NCBI RefSeq assembly: GCF_001194135.2
Contig: NC_068992.1
Location: 12,666,944 to 12,730,943 of the forward strand
Source: Octopus bimaculoides
Taxonomy: Eukaryota
Length of the DNA stretch: 64,000 nt
Reading direction: 5' to 3'
The notes under the pieces: model-generated
What the model saw: the letters and a program-made list of their open reading frames with translations, nothing else
Told to the model about the DNA's origin: nothing
The model's database searches: none
Translations under genes and position numbers: made by a program
Shown: positions 24,941-39,200 of the stretch, one piece after another
Layout: each line of letters starts with the position of its first letter
How positions within the stretch are numbered: the first letter of the stretch is position 1

Positions 24941-26824
24941 ACTATGCCATTTTAATCCTGGGCAAAGTCGGGTATCTCTCTTACTATATATATATATATA
25001 TTTGTATACACACATACATCACTACATACGAGCCTATATGAATTGAATTTCATACCAGAAGCATACATACACCACTAAACTGTGTTTCCGTAATATCATA
25101 ATCAATCATGCACCAAGTATACTTCGTTGGATATTAAAAGTGATGTATACGTAACAGGCATAAAATAATGCAGTGGTGCTTTACAGTACCGTATTGCAAG
25201 GCGATTAACCGGCCACATACGCAAGAACAGCCTCAGAGCTTTTCACACCCAGTTAGCTGTTTACTCAGGCAATAGGATTTCTTTTACCAGCGAAACGAAT
25301 ACAGATTGTCCCACAGAGAGCGATTTTAATGCTAGATAAGTTTTTATATGCGATTTTGTAGAAGAACTAAATAGGATCTATATATTTGAAAGCGTAAAAT
25401 GTTTACTTTGCATATCCATGAAATGCGAAAATGTATGTTCTGAGCTTTCTAAACACCTTTGTCCCTAGAAATAAAAGAAACAAACATGTATACGGACGGC
25501 AGATGACGCAAAGCCAGTTAATGTGAAAACCANNNNNNNNNNNNNNNNNNNNNNNNNNNNNNNNNNNNNNNNNNNNNNNNNNNNNNNNNNNNNNNNNNNN
25601 NNNNNNNNNNNNNNNNNNNNNNNNNNNNNNNNNNNNNNNNNNNNNNNNNNNNNNNNNNNNNNNNNNNNNNNNNNNNNNNNNNNNNNNNNNNNNNNNNNNN
25701 NNNNNNNNNNNNNNNNNNNNNNNNNNNNNNNNNNNNNNNNNNNNNNNNNNNNNNNNNNNNNNNNNNNNNNNNNNNNNNNNNNNNNNNNNNNNNNNNNNNN
25801 NNNNNNNNNNNATATATAAATAAGTGAAATACAATTCAGCTTCAATAGAAGCAAAGAAATTCAAGCATTTCGTGTTGGATGAGATAAAAATGATAATCTA
25901 TTCCTTTTACGAGTAAAAAGAAGGCATAAACATTTCAAGAAAGCGAAAATCTCTCGTATCTTTTACTGGTAGGTATTTTAAGCTCCACAAAATCGTGCCT
26001 GATACAAATAGCGTTGAGATTTGTCGATCATTGACAAGACCAAAGAAAGTCGAAATTCCACGATATGGTGGTTTTGGTGCTGGAGGTAGCGTGGATTTAT
26101 CGCTCCACTAGCGATAAAAAAATAGGGAGTCTTGCACCAAGATGCCACTACGAGAGTTTTTCTCATGGTAAATGTCGCTGATAGGTTTATCCTAATAGAA
26201 CCTCCACGTTTAAGTGGGAATGAATTTTACCTCTCGGTAATAATACTGCCTCTGTCGCTAATATATATTTATTTCGTCAAAAGGTTACGGTGTGTACTTT
26301 AGCGCATAATTTGGATGATATTTTAATCAGAGAAATACACTTAATACCAATGGTATTTTGATAATATTTTAATCAGAAGAGTACACTTAAATAAAGTACC
26401 AGTTGTATAAACATTGCATTAAAGGATATACGCATATATAAGCAGTCATTGGTGAGCACAATGCCTGTTATGGTGGCCTGAAACTATGCCAACCATCTGA
26501 GTAAGTGTTGTCATATATTTCAACACCAGTTATGTTTCCTGTGGTAGTTATTCTTCGTTTAATGATAAAATTATAAATGAATCGATTTTAGGTCGTTTTC
26601 TATTCTCAATAATTGCTCTGCTTTAAGCATCGTTGCAGTAATTCTATGATGAGAACACATATAACCCCCGACAATGTTCTTAAACTTTTGATGACTGTTA
26701 AACAATGGAGATAGGAATTTATTATTTTATTAGAATTTCTTCTTAGCAACAAAGAATAATATAGAAAACGAAAGAAAAAAAAACTGACAGAAAAAAAATT
26801 AGACGAAATGATGTTAGTGGCTTC

Positions 26825-26825
<1 letters not shown>

Positions 26826-26908
<83 letters not shown>

Positions 26909-27290
26909 GAAGAAGAAGAAAAGAATCAAAAGAAGAAGAAAAGAAGGACGAATAGGAAGAAGAAGAGGAGGATGTGGGGAGGAGGGAGTAAAAGAAGACG
27001 AAGAAGAAGGCGAAGAAGAAGGCGAAGAAGAAGAAAGAGGAGGAGGAGAAGAAGAAGAAAAAAGAAGAAGAAGAAGAAGAAGAAGAAGAAGAAGAAGAAG
27101 AAGGAAAAGAAGTAGAAGAGGAGGAGAATGAGGAGGAAAAGGAAGAAAAAGAGGGAGAAGAGAAGAAGAAGAAGAAGAAGAAGAAGAAGAAGAAGAAGAA
27201 GAAGAGGAAGTAGAGCGAGGAGAAAAAGGAGAAGAATGTGATTTACGAAGTGAATAAAGAAGATGGCAATTATGAGGAGAATAGATGAGG
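26826..27290. repeat. (TAA)n followed by a ~390-bp almost pure purine (GAA/GGA) tract
   Basis: Directly visible; it explains the ORF at 26606..27295. Confidence 0.95.
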
Positions 27291-28952
27291 GTCAACTGGC
27301 GATGTTGGGTTTGATATACTACAAATAATTAAAAAAAAAATTGTGAATAGAGGAGAAAAAAATTATTGGAAAATAAATAAAAACAATTCCATTATGTATT
27401 TAAAAAGTGAACAAATATTTGCAGCACGTGAATCAAATTTATGTGAGCCATTTTGATTTTATTCTTCCATTAGAATTTAAGTCTAGCGCTAGATTATGTT
27501 CAATCCTTCTATGGCTTTTATATCGTTAGCTGCCTTGACATTCAGGCATATAGGAGAGAAATGCATGAGGCTAGTGAATTCCTTTCGTTCAAAGGATAGC
27601 ATGGGCACAAGGCTTGAAATTTAGGTCGTAGCTAAGTTGGGCAATACTGCAATTTTGCGTCAGTATATAGGTTGTTCCAACTTCAAATATAACCATAACT
27701 TGGGAATATACACCTTTTACGTTTTAGTTAGATTTAATATTTCTCTTGCACCTAGTTTATTTTCGAAATGCTTCGGTATGATTGACGCTTAGTCTTTTAA
27801 TCATTGGCAAACCTTGATACTGATGCAATGTAAAAGAGACAAACACTCTTCATGTCTGAATAATTGTAAGTGCTGTGACCGATGACCGAAGGTGGTTTGG
27901 AAACCGTTGCAGTATTATATATACTTTTATAGTACTCTGATATCCATACACATTTATTGATATATTCGCTGTATATCCTTTCTTTGTCTTTCATCAAATT
28001 CTTGGAGAAGACCCTCAAGTCTAAATAGCCATTACTTCGTTCACATAATATAATGTTCCGCTGGAATATTTTTGTTGACATCTGATCTATCACCTTCGTG
28101 ATCATACATTCTTCGACAGTACACATGTCTTTGTCGGTGACCTCTATAGCAACACATGATGCTTAGAGAGAAAGCGTTACTCATTTCTTGGTCTAGAGTA
28201 AAGACACACATGCAAAGGAAACCGCTGAACATGCATCAGTTTTGGGAACGATTTGCCGAGGAAATAATTTCTTTGTCTTTTTATCATTAGAAACACCCAC
28301 TATTTCGGGAGCGAAGCTGTCGTTCTGTGTTGACTTTCCGCTGATAAGAACTTATGTATTGTTTATTTTTGTTTTCTCTATTCAGAACAAGAATATGTTT
28401 GTAGTTGTTGTTTTTTTTTCTGCTCTGACTACAATTCCTCATATGCAGATTTTATATATTTAGATATTTGACTTTCATTATCTCTACTTGAGAATGGTAT
28501 GTTTGGTGTATGGTACATTTTCCTAGATCCTCTATTTCAAAATTTCTGTTCCTGTTTTTAATCACTTCTCATGTGTTACAAAATTATACAATATTTTTAA
28601 AAAGGTGTATGAAGTACCTTCGTGTAACTAGAACCTATCTTTTCAATCAAAGAGAAAAGCACAAGGAAACTTTTGGAAACCAACAAAAATGTTATGCAAA
28701 ATAATTAAAATGGTGATTAAAATAGATATTAACTTGCAACTGCTGACGTTTCAGCATCCCATTTGCAGAATAATCCATGTAGTGAAATAGTTTCTCCTAA
28801 TAAAACTTGTTCATAATATAAAATTTATCGAATAATTTTATAGGTGCTCCGTACACGGCAACAACAATAACAAAACCAACATCAAAAACAATGGTGACAA
28901 GAACAAAACCACTGTTAAGTACTCTAGTAAGACAAAAATATAATCAATAAAA

Positions 28953-29018
28953 ATGATGATGATGATGACGATGATGATAATGACAATGATAATGATAACG
29001 ATGATTATTATTATTATT

Positions 29019-29081
<63 letters not shown>

Positions 29082-29148
29082 GTGATATTGAAAATAATAA
29101 CACTACACATGAAGAAGAGCGATGATGATAATAATAATAATAATAATG

Positions 29149-29222
<74 letters not shown>
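28953..29222. repeat. Compound (GAT)n/(ATT)n/(AAT)n microsatellite
   Basis: Directly visible. Confidence 0.95.
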
Positions 29223-29913
29223 CAATTTCTTTGTGGTATTTTTGTTTCGTCTTTAAACAGTAAATAGTTTTAAGTGTGTTCTGGTCAGACATCAAATTCT
29301 TTTCGTCCGTAGATATCTTGAATCTGTTTGGTGAAAAGGCGAATAAACATTCAGCCTGTCGCTAAGCAATGCTTGGGCATTCAGCAAATTCTTGCAAACA
29401 CAAACGCCATACTAAGTCACTTTTATTATTCACTGATTTGCTTCAGAAGCCATCTGTAAGTTTCCATTTCACTGCTTTTTCAGAAACTCTAACAGGGAAA
29501 CGCAAGTGTTTATATCTGAGGTTTATAGATCAAATATATCTTATTGCTTCTTGTCATGGCCTCACGATGAAATTCCGTAACCGGGTGATGTGCAGTTTTC
29601 CGTTTTCTACGAGTGGGAGGCATAGAAAAGCACACATATATAAATATATACTGTGTATAAGAGAAAGAGAGGAGTTAGAGAAAGAGAAGGAATTCATAAT
29701 AAAGTAATCACATAAGAAAGAAATCAAGTTCAATGAAGAAAGATTGTGAGGTGGTAAGAATAGACGATACATGGAAAAGCAATGAGAAAGCAAAAACTAA
29801 TGAAAGACAAGAGAAAATCAAAGAAGATCGAAAGAGAAAAAGAAACAAATCAAGGGAAGAAAGATATAGGAAAAGGATATCCAAAACCTTTGTTATATCG
29901 TAGCGTTCCACAG

Positions 29914-30005
<92 letters not shown>

Positions 30006-30435
30006 TGTGTGTGTATGAAAAAACAAAACTAGCTGGATAAGGATAGGAAACCATACAAAACAGAGAAAATAAGATAATGAAATAAAGGAAACAATAACAC
30101 CAATCGTACAATAAAAGTAGGAATAAATGGAAAACCAGAGTAAACTAAATAGATGTAGTTAACGTAATGCATATAATTCTTTGCCTCTGTGGTCAATATA
30201 TCTTGTCTTACATTTTTACATTCGACTAACTTCCATAAATATTCTTCGATTGCTGTTAAAGTAAAATTAAATAGATTTTAGAATTATTAAACAGGAAGGG
30301 AATTGGATTACACAAACACAGTGGCATACACCCTTCTAGTTAACTTCTTCACAACTAAGCATTGAACTATATAATCACACATAAACAGAAAACTTATATA
30401 CTTGTACACGCACACATAAATATATTTATAAATAT

Positions 30436-30484
<49 letters not shown>

Positions 30485-31304
30485 NNNNNNNNNNNNNNNN
30501 NNNNNNNNNNNNNNNNNNNNNNNNNNNNNNNNNNNNNNNNNNNNNNNNNNNNNNNNNNNNNNNNNNNNNNNNNNNNNNNNNNNNNNNNNNNNNNNNNNNN
30601 NNNNNNNNNNNNNNNNNNNNNNNNNNNNNNNNNNNNNNNNNNNNNNNNNNNNNNNNNNNNNNNNNNNNNNNNNNNNNNNNNNNNNNNNNNNNNNNNNNNN
30701 NNNNNNNNNNNNNNNNNNNNNNNNNNNNNNNNNNNNNNNNNNNNNNNNNNNNNNNNNNNNNNNNNNNNNNNNNNNNNNNNNNNNNNNNNNNNNNNNNNNN
30801 NNNNNNNNNNNNNNNNNNNNNNNNNNNNNNNNNNNNNNNNNNNNNNNNNNNNNNNNNNNNNNNNNNNNNNNNNNNNNNNNNNNNNNNNNNNNNNNNNNNN
30901 NNNNNNNNNNNNNNNNNNNNNNNNNNNNNNNNNNNNNNNNNNNNNNNNNNNNNNNNNNNNNNNNNNNNNNNNNNNNNNNNNNNNNNNNNNNNNNNNNNNN
31001 NNNNNNNNNNNNNNNNNNNNNNNNNNNNNNNNNNNNNNNNNNNNNNNNNNNNNNNNNNNNNNNNNNNNNNNNNNNNNNNNNNNNNNNNNNNNNNNNNNNN
31101 NNNNNNNNNNNNNNNNNNNNNNNNNNNNNNNNNNNNNNNNNNNNNNNNNNNNNNNNNNNNNNNNNNNNNNNNNNNNNNNNNNNNNNNNNNNNNNNNNNNN
31201 NNNNNNNNNNNNNNNNNNNNNNNNNNNNNNNNNNNNNNNNNNNNNNNNNNNNNNNNNNNNNNNNNNNNNNNNNNNNNNNNNNNNNNNNNNNNNNNNNNNN
31301 NNNN

Positions 31305-31338
<34 letters not shown>

Positions 31339-32861
31339 TGCATACATACACAGCCACACCGATGCTCTTTTTATAGCGACCAAATATTTGTGTTCACAGA
31401 AGCTCAGTCCCGCTATCAAATTGATATTACCTGTGCAGATGCACCATGTGGCACATGTCTGTGTATATGTGTGAGTTTCTGTGTGTGTGTGTGTATGTGT
31501 GTGTGTGTGTGTGTGTGTGCATTAATGACAAAGTATTAATAAAAGGAGGTAATATTCTTCCACACTGAAACGTGGGTATGCTGCAAGGCCACAATATTCT
31601 GCCGCAGTTGCCATCAGAGAAATTCTGATATTGGCTTTTGGTGCAGAATGGATTCATGCTTACACCGCTAGCGGGCACATAAAGCCCCACCAATCCAGCG
31701 CCGAAATAACCAGATCATGTGATTTTGACCTGCATTGGTTTTGTCAATGATGGATGCTTGACCGCTAGAGATAACAACGACTCATTTCCACCAGCATTAT
31801 ATATATATTCCATACGAGCATATAAGCAGAAAGAAGTATAAATGCTTTGGTCCCGATCAATATAAGAGGCATAGATTGAAATTCTCTTACTTCAGCATTA
31901 GCTGAACTACAAATGCATACTCTTAACTCGGAAGGTTTTGAAAGTTGTATTAGTTTCATTACGGTGTTATTAGTTTACAGATAGCCGTGTAGCTTGACAG
32001 TGCTAAAACTACGTCGTTCTTTCACAAACAATATTTCTCGACGCTGAAATATGTAAAATATGACTTAGAAATTTAAAGATTCTGGTATATAATTCCAGCA
32101 TTGTTTGTGCCAGCCTAATATTGATTTTAAAATTTAAAATTTCTTTCCCTAAAATACAAATAAAATGTTGGTGATTGTAATACAAAATATTTATTCATCG
32201 AACAAAGGAATCCTACAGAAAATTTTAGGTTTCCCTATTTGGCTTTTGATCATGGTTTATCGCATAAATTTCAATACAACAGGTAAAATGTAAAGAAATA
32301 GAATGGTAAAACATAAACAATATCAAGACATGCGCGATGTGCTGACTTTTTATGGCTTCAAACAATAAACCAAAATTTCTTTTGATTTCCTGATGTACCC
32401 ATTTGTACTAACTTTTTTTTAATATTAGGAATATTACGACCATGCAGCTTACACTTTAAAATTTATACTGATACTTAAATGTAAAATATGCAAAGAATGC
32501 AATTTGAATTCTATAAAATTATTTATTTATGCATTTATTTTTATTGTTGCTTGCTATTCATTGATATATATNNNNNNNNNNNNNNNNNNNNNNNNNNNNN
32601 NNNNNNNNNNNNNNNNNNNNNNNNNNNNNNNNNNNNNNNNNNNNNNNNNNNNNNNNNNNNNNNNNNNNNNNNNNNNNNNNNNNNNNNNNNNNNNNNNNNN
32701 NNNNNNNNNNNNNNNNNNNNNNNNNNNNNNNNNNNNNNNNNNNNNNNNNNNNNNNNNNNNNNNNNNNNNNNNNNNNNNNNNNNNNNNNNNNNNNNNNNNN
32801 NNNNNNNNNNNNNNNNNNNNNNNNNNNNNNNNNNNNNNNNNNNNNNNNNNNNNNNNNNNNN

Positions 32862-32897
<36 letters not shown>

Positions 32898-34432
32898 CGT
32901 ATATACATATATACATCTGTACGTGAACGTGTGTGTATGTTTGTGTGTTCAGGAATCCTTCATCCGCACATTCTATGTTCAAATGTATCAAACAACAAAG
33001 GACGAACATTTCTAAATTACCTTGCACTCTGCGTATAATAAATCTAAGTAACTCTCTGTCGATTCTTTTGAATAACAATGAAGACTATGATATGTATTCC
33101 TTTAGAAAGGAAGTACTTTATGAATTTCTTTTTCACGAAACATGCGAAGATAGCAAAATTTGTGTTTCATTGCGTAAGACTTTCAATTCTTTCATTTTTT
33201 AATTTATTCTTTATTTCCTATATTTATGTTGTGAATCTCTAGCGATATTATCTTGAACGAGAAGTAAGACGAACGAAACTTAACAATAGATTTGTAATCA
33301 TTTATTTGCATTGGGTTATTTTAAAATTGCTTATTCTTCTACAAAATCAAACTCCGTCAACTTCATTTATTTACAGGTTTATACTAATCACCACCATTTG
33401 TAGTGTTTGTTTCAATTTTTTTTATATATCTTATGCCGTACCCGTTGTTTTTTTGTTAACTTTGCACACCCCACTGATGCGCATTTATACAAGCATACAC
33501 ACACGCCTATATATNNNNNNNNNNNNNNNNNNNNNNNNNNNNNNNNNNNNNNNNNNNNNNNNNNNNNNNNNNNNNNNNNNNNNNNNNNNNNNNNNNNNNN
33601 NNNNNNNNNNNNNNNNNNNNNNNNNNNNNNNNNNNNNNNNNNNNNNNNNNNNNNNNNNNNNNNNNNNNNNNNNNNNNNNNNNNNNNNNNNNNNNNNNNNN
33701 NNNNNNNNNNNNNNNNNNNNNNNNNNNNNNNNNNNNNNNNNNNNNNNNNNNNNNNNNNNNNNNNNNNNNNNNNNNNNNNNNNNNNNNNNNNNNNNNNNNN
33801 NNNNNNNNNNNNNNNNNNNNNNNNNNNNNNNNNNNNNNNNNNNNNNNNNNNNNNNNNNNNNNNNNNNNNNNNNNNNNNNNNNNNNNNNNNNNNNNNNNNN
33901 NNNNNNNNNNNNNNNNNNNNNNNNNNNNNNNNNNNNNNNNNNNNNNNNNNNNNNNNNNNNNNNNNNNNNNNNNNNNNNNNNNNNNNNNNNNNNNNNNNNN
34001 NNNNNNNNNNNNNNNNNNNNNNNNNNNNNNNNNNNNNNNNNNNNNNNNNNNNNNNNNNNNNNNNNNNNNNNNNNNNNNNNNNNNNNNNNNNNNNNNNNNN
34101 NNNNNNNNNNNNNNNNNNNNNNNNNNNNNNNNNNNNNNNNNNNNNNNNNNNNNNNNNNNNNNNNNNNNNNNNNNNNNNNNNNNNNNNNNNNNNNNNNNNN
34201 NNNNNNNNNNNNNNNNNNNNNNNNNNNNNNNNNNNNNNNNNNNNNNNNNNNNNNNNNNNNNNNNNNNNNNNNNNNNNNNNNNNNNNNNNNNNNNNNNNNN
34301 NNNNNNNNNNNNNNNNNNNNNNNNNNNNNNNNNNNNNNNNNNNNNNNNNNNNNNNNNNNNNNNNNNNNNNNNNNNNNNNNNNNNNNNNNNNNNNNNNNNN
34401 NNNNNNNNNNNNNNNNNNNNNNNNNNNNNNNN

Positions 34433-34475
<43 letters not shown>

Positions 34476-36237
34476 ATATATGTAGCTAGATAGATATTAC
34501 GCATGCATATATATACATGCGTACATGTGTACCTTGAATATGTTATATATGTGTATATGTATATGTGTTCATATGCATACATACATAACTTCCAGACTCA
34601 TACGCAAGCGTACAGACACACATACATATATAAACAATTAAAAAACAGTACTTAAATAATGTCATCGATTCTTATTGTCCTTGCGCTCGAGCGACTTTTC
34701 AAAATACTGTCGAGTAATTGTCTTCAAGTTTAAATTTCAATAAGAAGTGACACGTTTAATGTATAAATGTCAAATTATCGTGAATTTAATATTTTCTAAC
34801 TTTAACATTTAGATTATTTTTAAATATCTACATATTGATGCTTCGTCCAGTATTTAATGCATGTTAATTCAATTGTATTGAAATATCAACTGTACATAAG
34901 AAAAAAATGTTTTACCGTTTAAGCTTTACATAAAAATATTGCTGATGACACATTGTGACTGGAGATTTTGTTGTCGCTCACGTTCTTATCAAAATACCTT
35001 GTATTACATTATATTTGTGGGGCAATAATTCCGTTATCACTTTCGTTTTTCTGTCATATCTGTAAATATTCGGTTAAATTTTATTAATTACCTAAGATAA
35101 TGTTGGGACTGGGATGAGTGAGTGTGTTGTTTTTTTCGCATTTTGATACGATTCAATTATTAACACATTTTAATATATAAGATGCCTAACTCTCCTTTCT
35201 TTTCTTGATAACATTTGTTATTTAAAGCTAATGATATATTAGAAATCTAATTTGAATTAATAGTTAAAGATTCGTTCATATTTGATTAACGAGACAATGT
35301 GATTTTACTTATTTTGTGAAATGATTTATGATACGAATTTTATGATATTTGGTTGAAACCGTGTGCATCTTTCACCTTTAATAACTCGTTTATATTCAAC
35401 TTGAAAATATTCTGTTCATCATTAATAAAGATAAATGAACGCTGGTGACTAATTTTATTCCAAAGTATTGTAATAAAGGTTAAATAGAGAGAACTTTTAA
35501 TTGACATGACATGGCGAATAACCATAAGCCAGTCAACGACCCAGTGAGAAGGTGCCTTACATTCCCTGCCTGTCAGAAATAGAAGCTAATTCCATAAAAT
35601 CACATATTTGCTGTATTGATGTATGTACAAAAATTAATGACACTCAAGGTCAGACAGTCTTTCAATATAGGTCTGAGCAAGTAGCACTCAAATGAGAACA
35701 ACAACAGCATGAATAAATCTACGAAAATGGATTTTACCAAGACTAAAACTGGTTTATATTGTTCAAACATGAATTTGTCCCTTCAGGCTTGTGTTGTGAA
35801 ATAAAAACTTTTTCTTATCTAACACCACCGTTCTTCAAAGTACGAATCCTGTGCATTATTAATAATGATAAATGAATGCTGGTTTAGTAAGTAACTAATT
35901 TTATTCGAAGTTAATATTGTAAAGTATCATTACAAACTCTTTAATTCAGATGACATGGAGAATAAGAATGAAGTGTTCTATTTTGTGTCCACATACACTA
36001 CAATAGGTAAATGAGAATGGAAACTGCTAGCGAAAATCTCCTAAGTAGTACGCCACAGTAAGGGGGGAGGCTAAACACGATGAATAATTGTGTTTAAAAA
36101 AGAAGAGCAAATACGACAGTTACTAGAGCTACTGCCGGTGTAAAAGATTCGATAAAAATTCTTGCGCTGATCTCCTTAAGTTTTTCGTTAATTACTTAGC
36201 AATTTCCTATAAATGATTTTTAATATAGTGAATTTTG

Positions 36238-36400
36238 AAGGGGAGCGATCTGGCAGAATCATTGGCGCGCCATTGAGGTTGATTTTGACTTTCCTCCTTT
36301 TGATGTTGACAAAATGAGTAGTGGTTGAGCACATTGGTCGATGTCTTCAACTTAGCCCTGTTCCAAATTTGTTGGCTTTGTGCTAAAATTTGAAACCAGT
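36238..36400 (+). mobile_element. SINE family C with internal deletion removing the B box
   Basis: Head gatctggcagaatcattggcgcgcc is joined directly to gaggttgattttgactttcctcc. Tail gtgctaaaatttgaaacca is shared with 38145-38165. Confidence 0.65.
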
Positions 36401-36813
36401 ACAATTTTGAATCTTTGTAGAATGCTTCGAGTTAATTTTACCTAAACTTTTGTACATGACATATCTTAAACAGCATCACACATGACGAAATTGGAACGAA
36501 TGTAAAATTGATTTTTATAGCAGAGTGTTTCCGTCGATGATACATGTTCTGTCCTTTTCTGGAAACAATAATATTTATACCTATAAGATTCGTGTCGAGA
36601 ATGATTTGACAAACATTTGTTGCTACGCGTCCCCTGCCTACCTTAATATATTTCGCAGATAACTCTAAATATTCAGTGTGATTTTACATGCATTATTTCT
36701 TTGAGTATTTTGTTATGTTAGCAAAAGAACAGAAATACAAAGTAATTCTCTGCAGATATATGCCATGTCAAGCGAACTCGAATGATGCACACCTATATAT
36801 ATATGTGTGCGTC

Positions 36814-36898
<85 letters not shown>

Positions 36899-37156
36899 CA
36901 TATGTGTATGTATGCATGTATGTATGTATGTATGTGTGTGTGTGTCTCTGTGTGTGTATCAAAAGCTTGCTAGCATAGCAAATCCTACATGCTGATATAA
37001 TACGCAGTATTCTATGGTAAGCAGGTTTTACCAATTACAATAAAACTAAGATGAAAAAATGAATATTAGGATATATTTATTGATGACAGCAAATTCGTTT
37101 ATTTTGCATAATGTGTATTTATATATGTGCATGTATGCCTGTGTGTATTTATAAAC

Positions 37157-37201
<45 letters not shown>

Positions 37202-37952
37202 TGTGTGTATATATAAATATATGCGCGGGTTTGTACACTTGTATATATATATATTTATGTAGGGGGAGAAGGGGTATATAAATGCACAAACCGACAGAGA
37301 GACAGAGGGAAAAAGAGAATAAAGAAAACTGAATGGGAATAGAAATAAATTGACGTATGTGATATTTCCCATTGGTATAAAAAAACATTTATTTGTCATA
37401 ACAAATGAATATTTATGTGTTCCAGGCTACAAATGAAATCAAACAATACCAACAATCTGTTTGAAGGCTTTCAGCAACGTGTCAACTTTCATTATTTCAA
37501 TAAAACAACAATCACGGCGAAATCCTATGTAATATCTTTCAATCAGAAAGGAACGTTGTGGCGGTGTTTCTCTCGAATCATTCCGAGACTGTTGGGTGAA
37601 AGACAGTAATCTAACCTTAGGTAATGAATTATTTCTACTACCCGAGGATATCTTTACACAATTTGAACTCAGAACACACGGATCCGGAACAGCACAGCCC
37701 ACCACCTCCTTGTAGCTGTTCCATCGTTTGATATGTCTACCACTTCATTGAACAAGATGTGAATGTTTTCGACTACGTAAGAATATTATTGAAAGGTGGA
37801 CTCTGAGAATTAGAGTGAAGAGATTCAGAAAAAATACCAAAAGGCATTGTACCTGTCTCTCACCCTATTTTGTCAAATCATGAGTTTTCGTTGTTTAATC
37901 TAGTTGAATGGTTATAGATCAGAATCATCTTCAAATTAATGCCTCATAAAAT

Positions 37953-38165
37953 AAGGCAATGACCTCGCAAGATAGTTTCCACGCCGGGCAAAATGCTTAG
38001 CTTCATTTCATCTGTTATTACATTTTGAGTTCAAATTTCACAGAGATCGGCTATCTTTTCATTCCATTCGGGATCATATAAGTATCAGGTGAAAACTGGA
38101 GTGGATATAACGGGCTTATACCCTTCTCGAATGTGCTGGCCCTCTGCCAAAATTTGAAACCAATA
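37953..38165 (+). mobile_element. SINE family C, monomeric degenerate copy
   Basis: cacgccgggcaaaatgcttagc...ttgagttcaaattt (B box)...tgccaaaatttgaaaccaata; homologous to the reverse complement of 17190-17351. Confidence 0.75.
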
Positions 38166-38344
38166 TTTCTGGAGAAAGTCCTATTTATTGTCGGGTGGTA
38201 TTTTCAAATTGTTCTCTTCCAGTAATATTTAAACACTAATTTTGATTTATTTGATAATGCAGATGGTCCATACGTTATGTTACAATTAATAATTTTTATT
38301 CCTCCTGGCGAAAACATATTTTGTAACGCCCTTATATATCAAGT

Positions 38345-38511
38345 GTGGAGGCGCAATGGCCCAGTGGTTAGAGCAGCGGACTCGCGGTCATAGGATCGCG
38401 GTCATAGGATCGCGGTTTCGATTCCCGAACCGGGCATTGTGAGTGTTTATTGAGCGAAAACACCTAAAGCTCCACGAGGCTCCGGCAGGGGATTGTGGCG
38501 AATCCTGCTGT
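38345..38511 (+). mobile_element. SINE family D, 5' part (3' truncated)
   Basis: A box tggcccagtggtt and B box ggtttcgattccc; near-identical to the reverse complement of 22855-23016. Confidence 0.85.
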
Positions 38512-38829
38512 CATATTTCATTGTGGCATATTTCGATTATTTTGTGTCGTTTTCTGTTAATACAATTGTTCTAGATTTTGTTTCTTTTATTGTTGGTGAT
38601 GTACTAAATTCTTCATTCTTGCCTTGTTACTGTTGTAATTGCTGTGGTTCGTGATGTTTATATTCTTTCCCTTATCATTCTGATTTTTACTGTTTCCTTT
38701 TTCGACTTTTCCAAATAATGTTACTACTCCCTCTGCAGCTGTCTTTCCTAATCTTTCTACTAGAACACATACTACCGCAAATATTAATATTGATTTCAGA
38801 TTATCGCTCAAGACCAGCAACTTCGGAGG

Positions 38830-39200
38830 TGGGATAAATCGATTTCATCGAACCCAGTACTCTACTGGTACTTAGTTTCTAGACCCCAAAAGAATGAAAG
38901 GCAAAGTCAATCACTACAGAATTTGAACCCACCGCCTTCCCACAAACATAAATATTGGCTTCAAATTTCGGCACGAGACAACGCATATATTGATATTCCT
39001 TTCTACTATAGGCATAGGACTGCAATTTGGGGGGTCAGGGGTGAAATTGACTACATCGTCCCCAGCGCTGATATGGTGTTATCACGAATGGATGAAATAG
39101 AAAGTCGCCGTCAGCGGAATTGGTACTCAAAATGTAATGATGATTAAAATGATCACATGCAATTTATCCGGTGCGGTAACCATTATGCCAGCGCGCAACC
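38830..39200 (-). mobile_element. Stack of degenerate SINE family C fragments
   Basis: atcgatttcatcgaacccagtac...gaatgaaaggcaaagtc...atttgaaccc, then the tail ttggcttcaaatttcggcac, a second body and the head remnant cattatgccagc. Confidence 0.65.
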
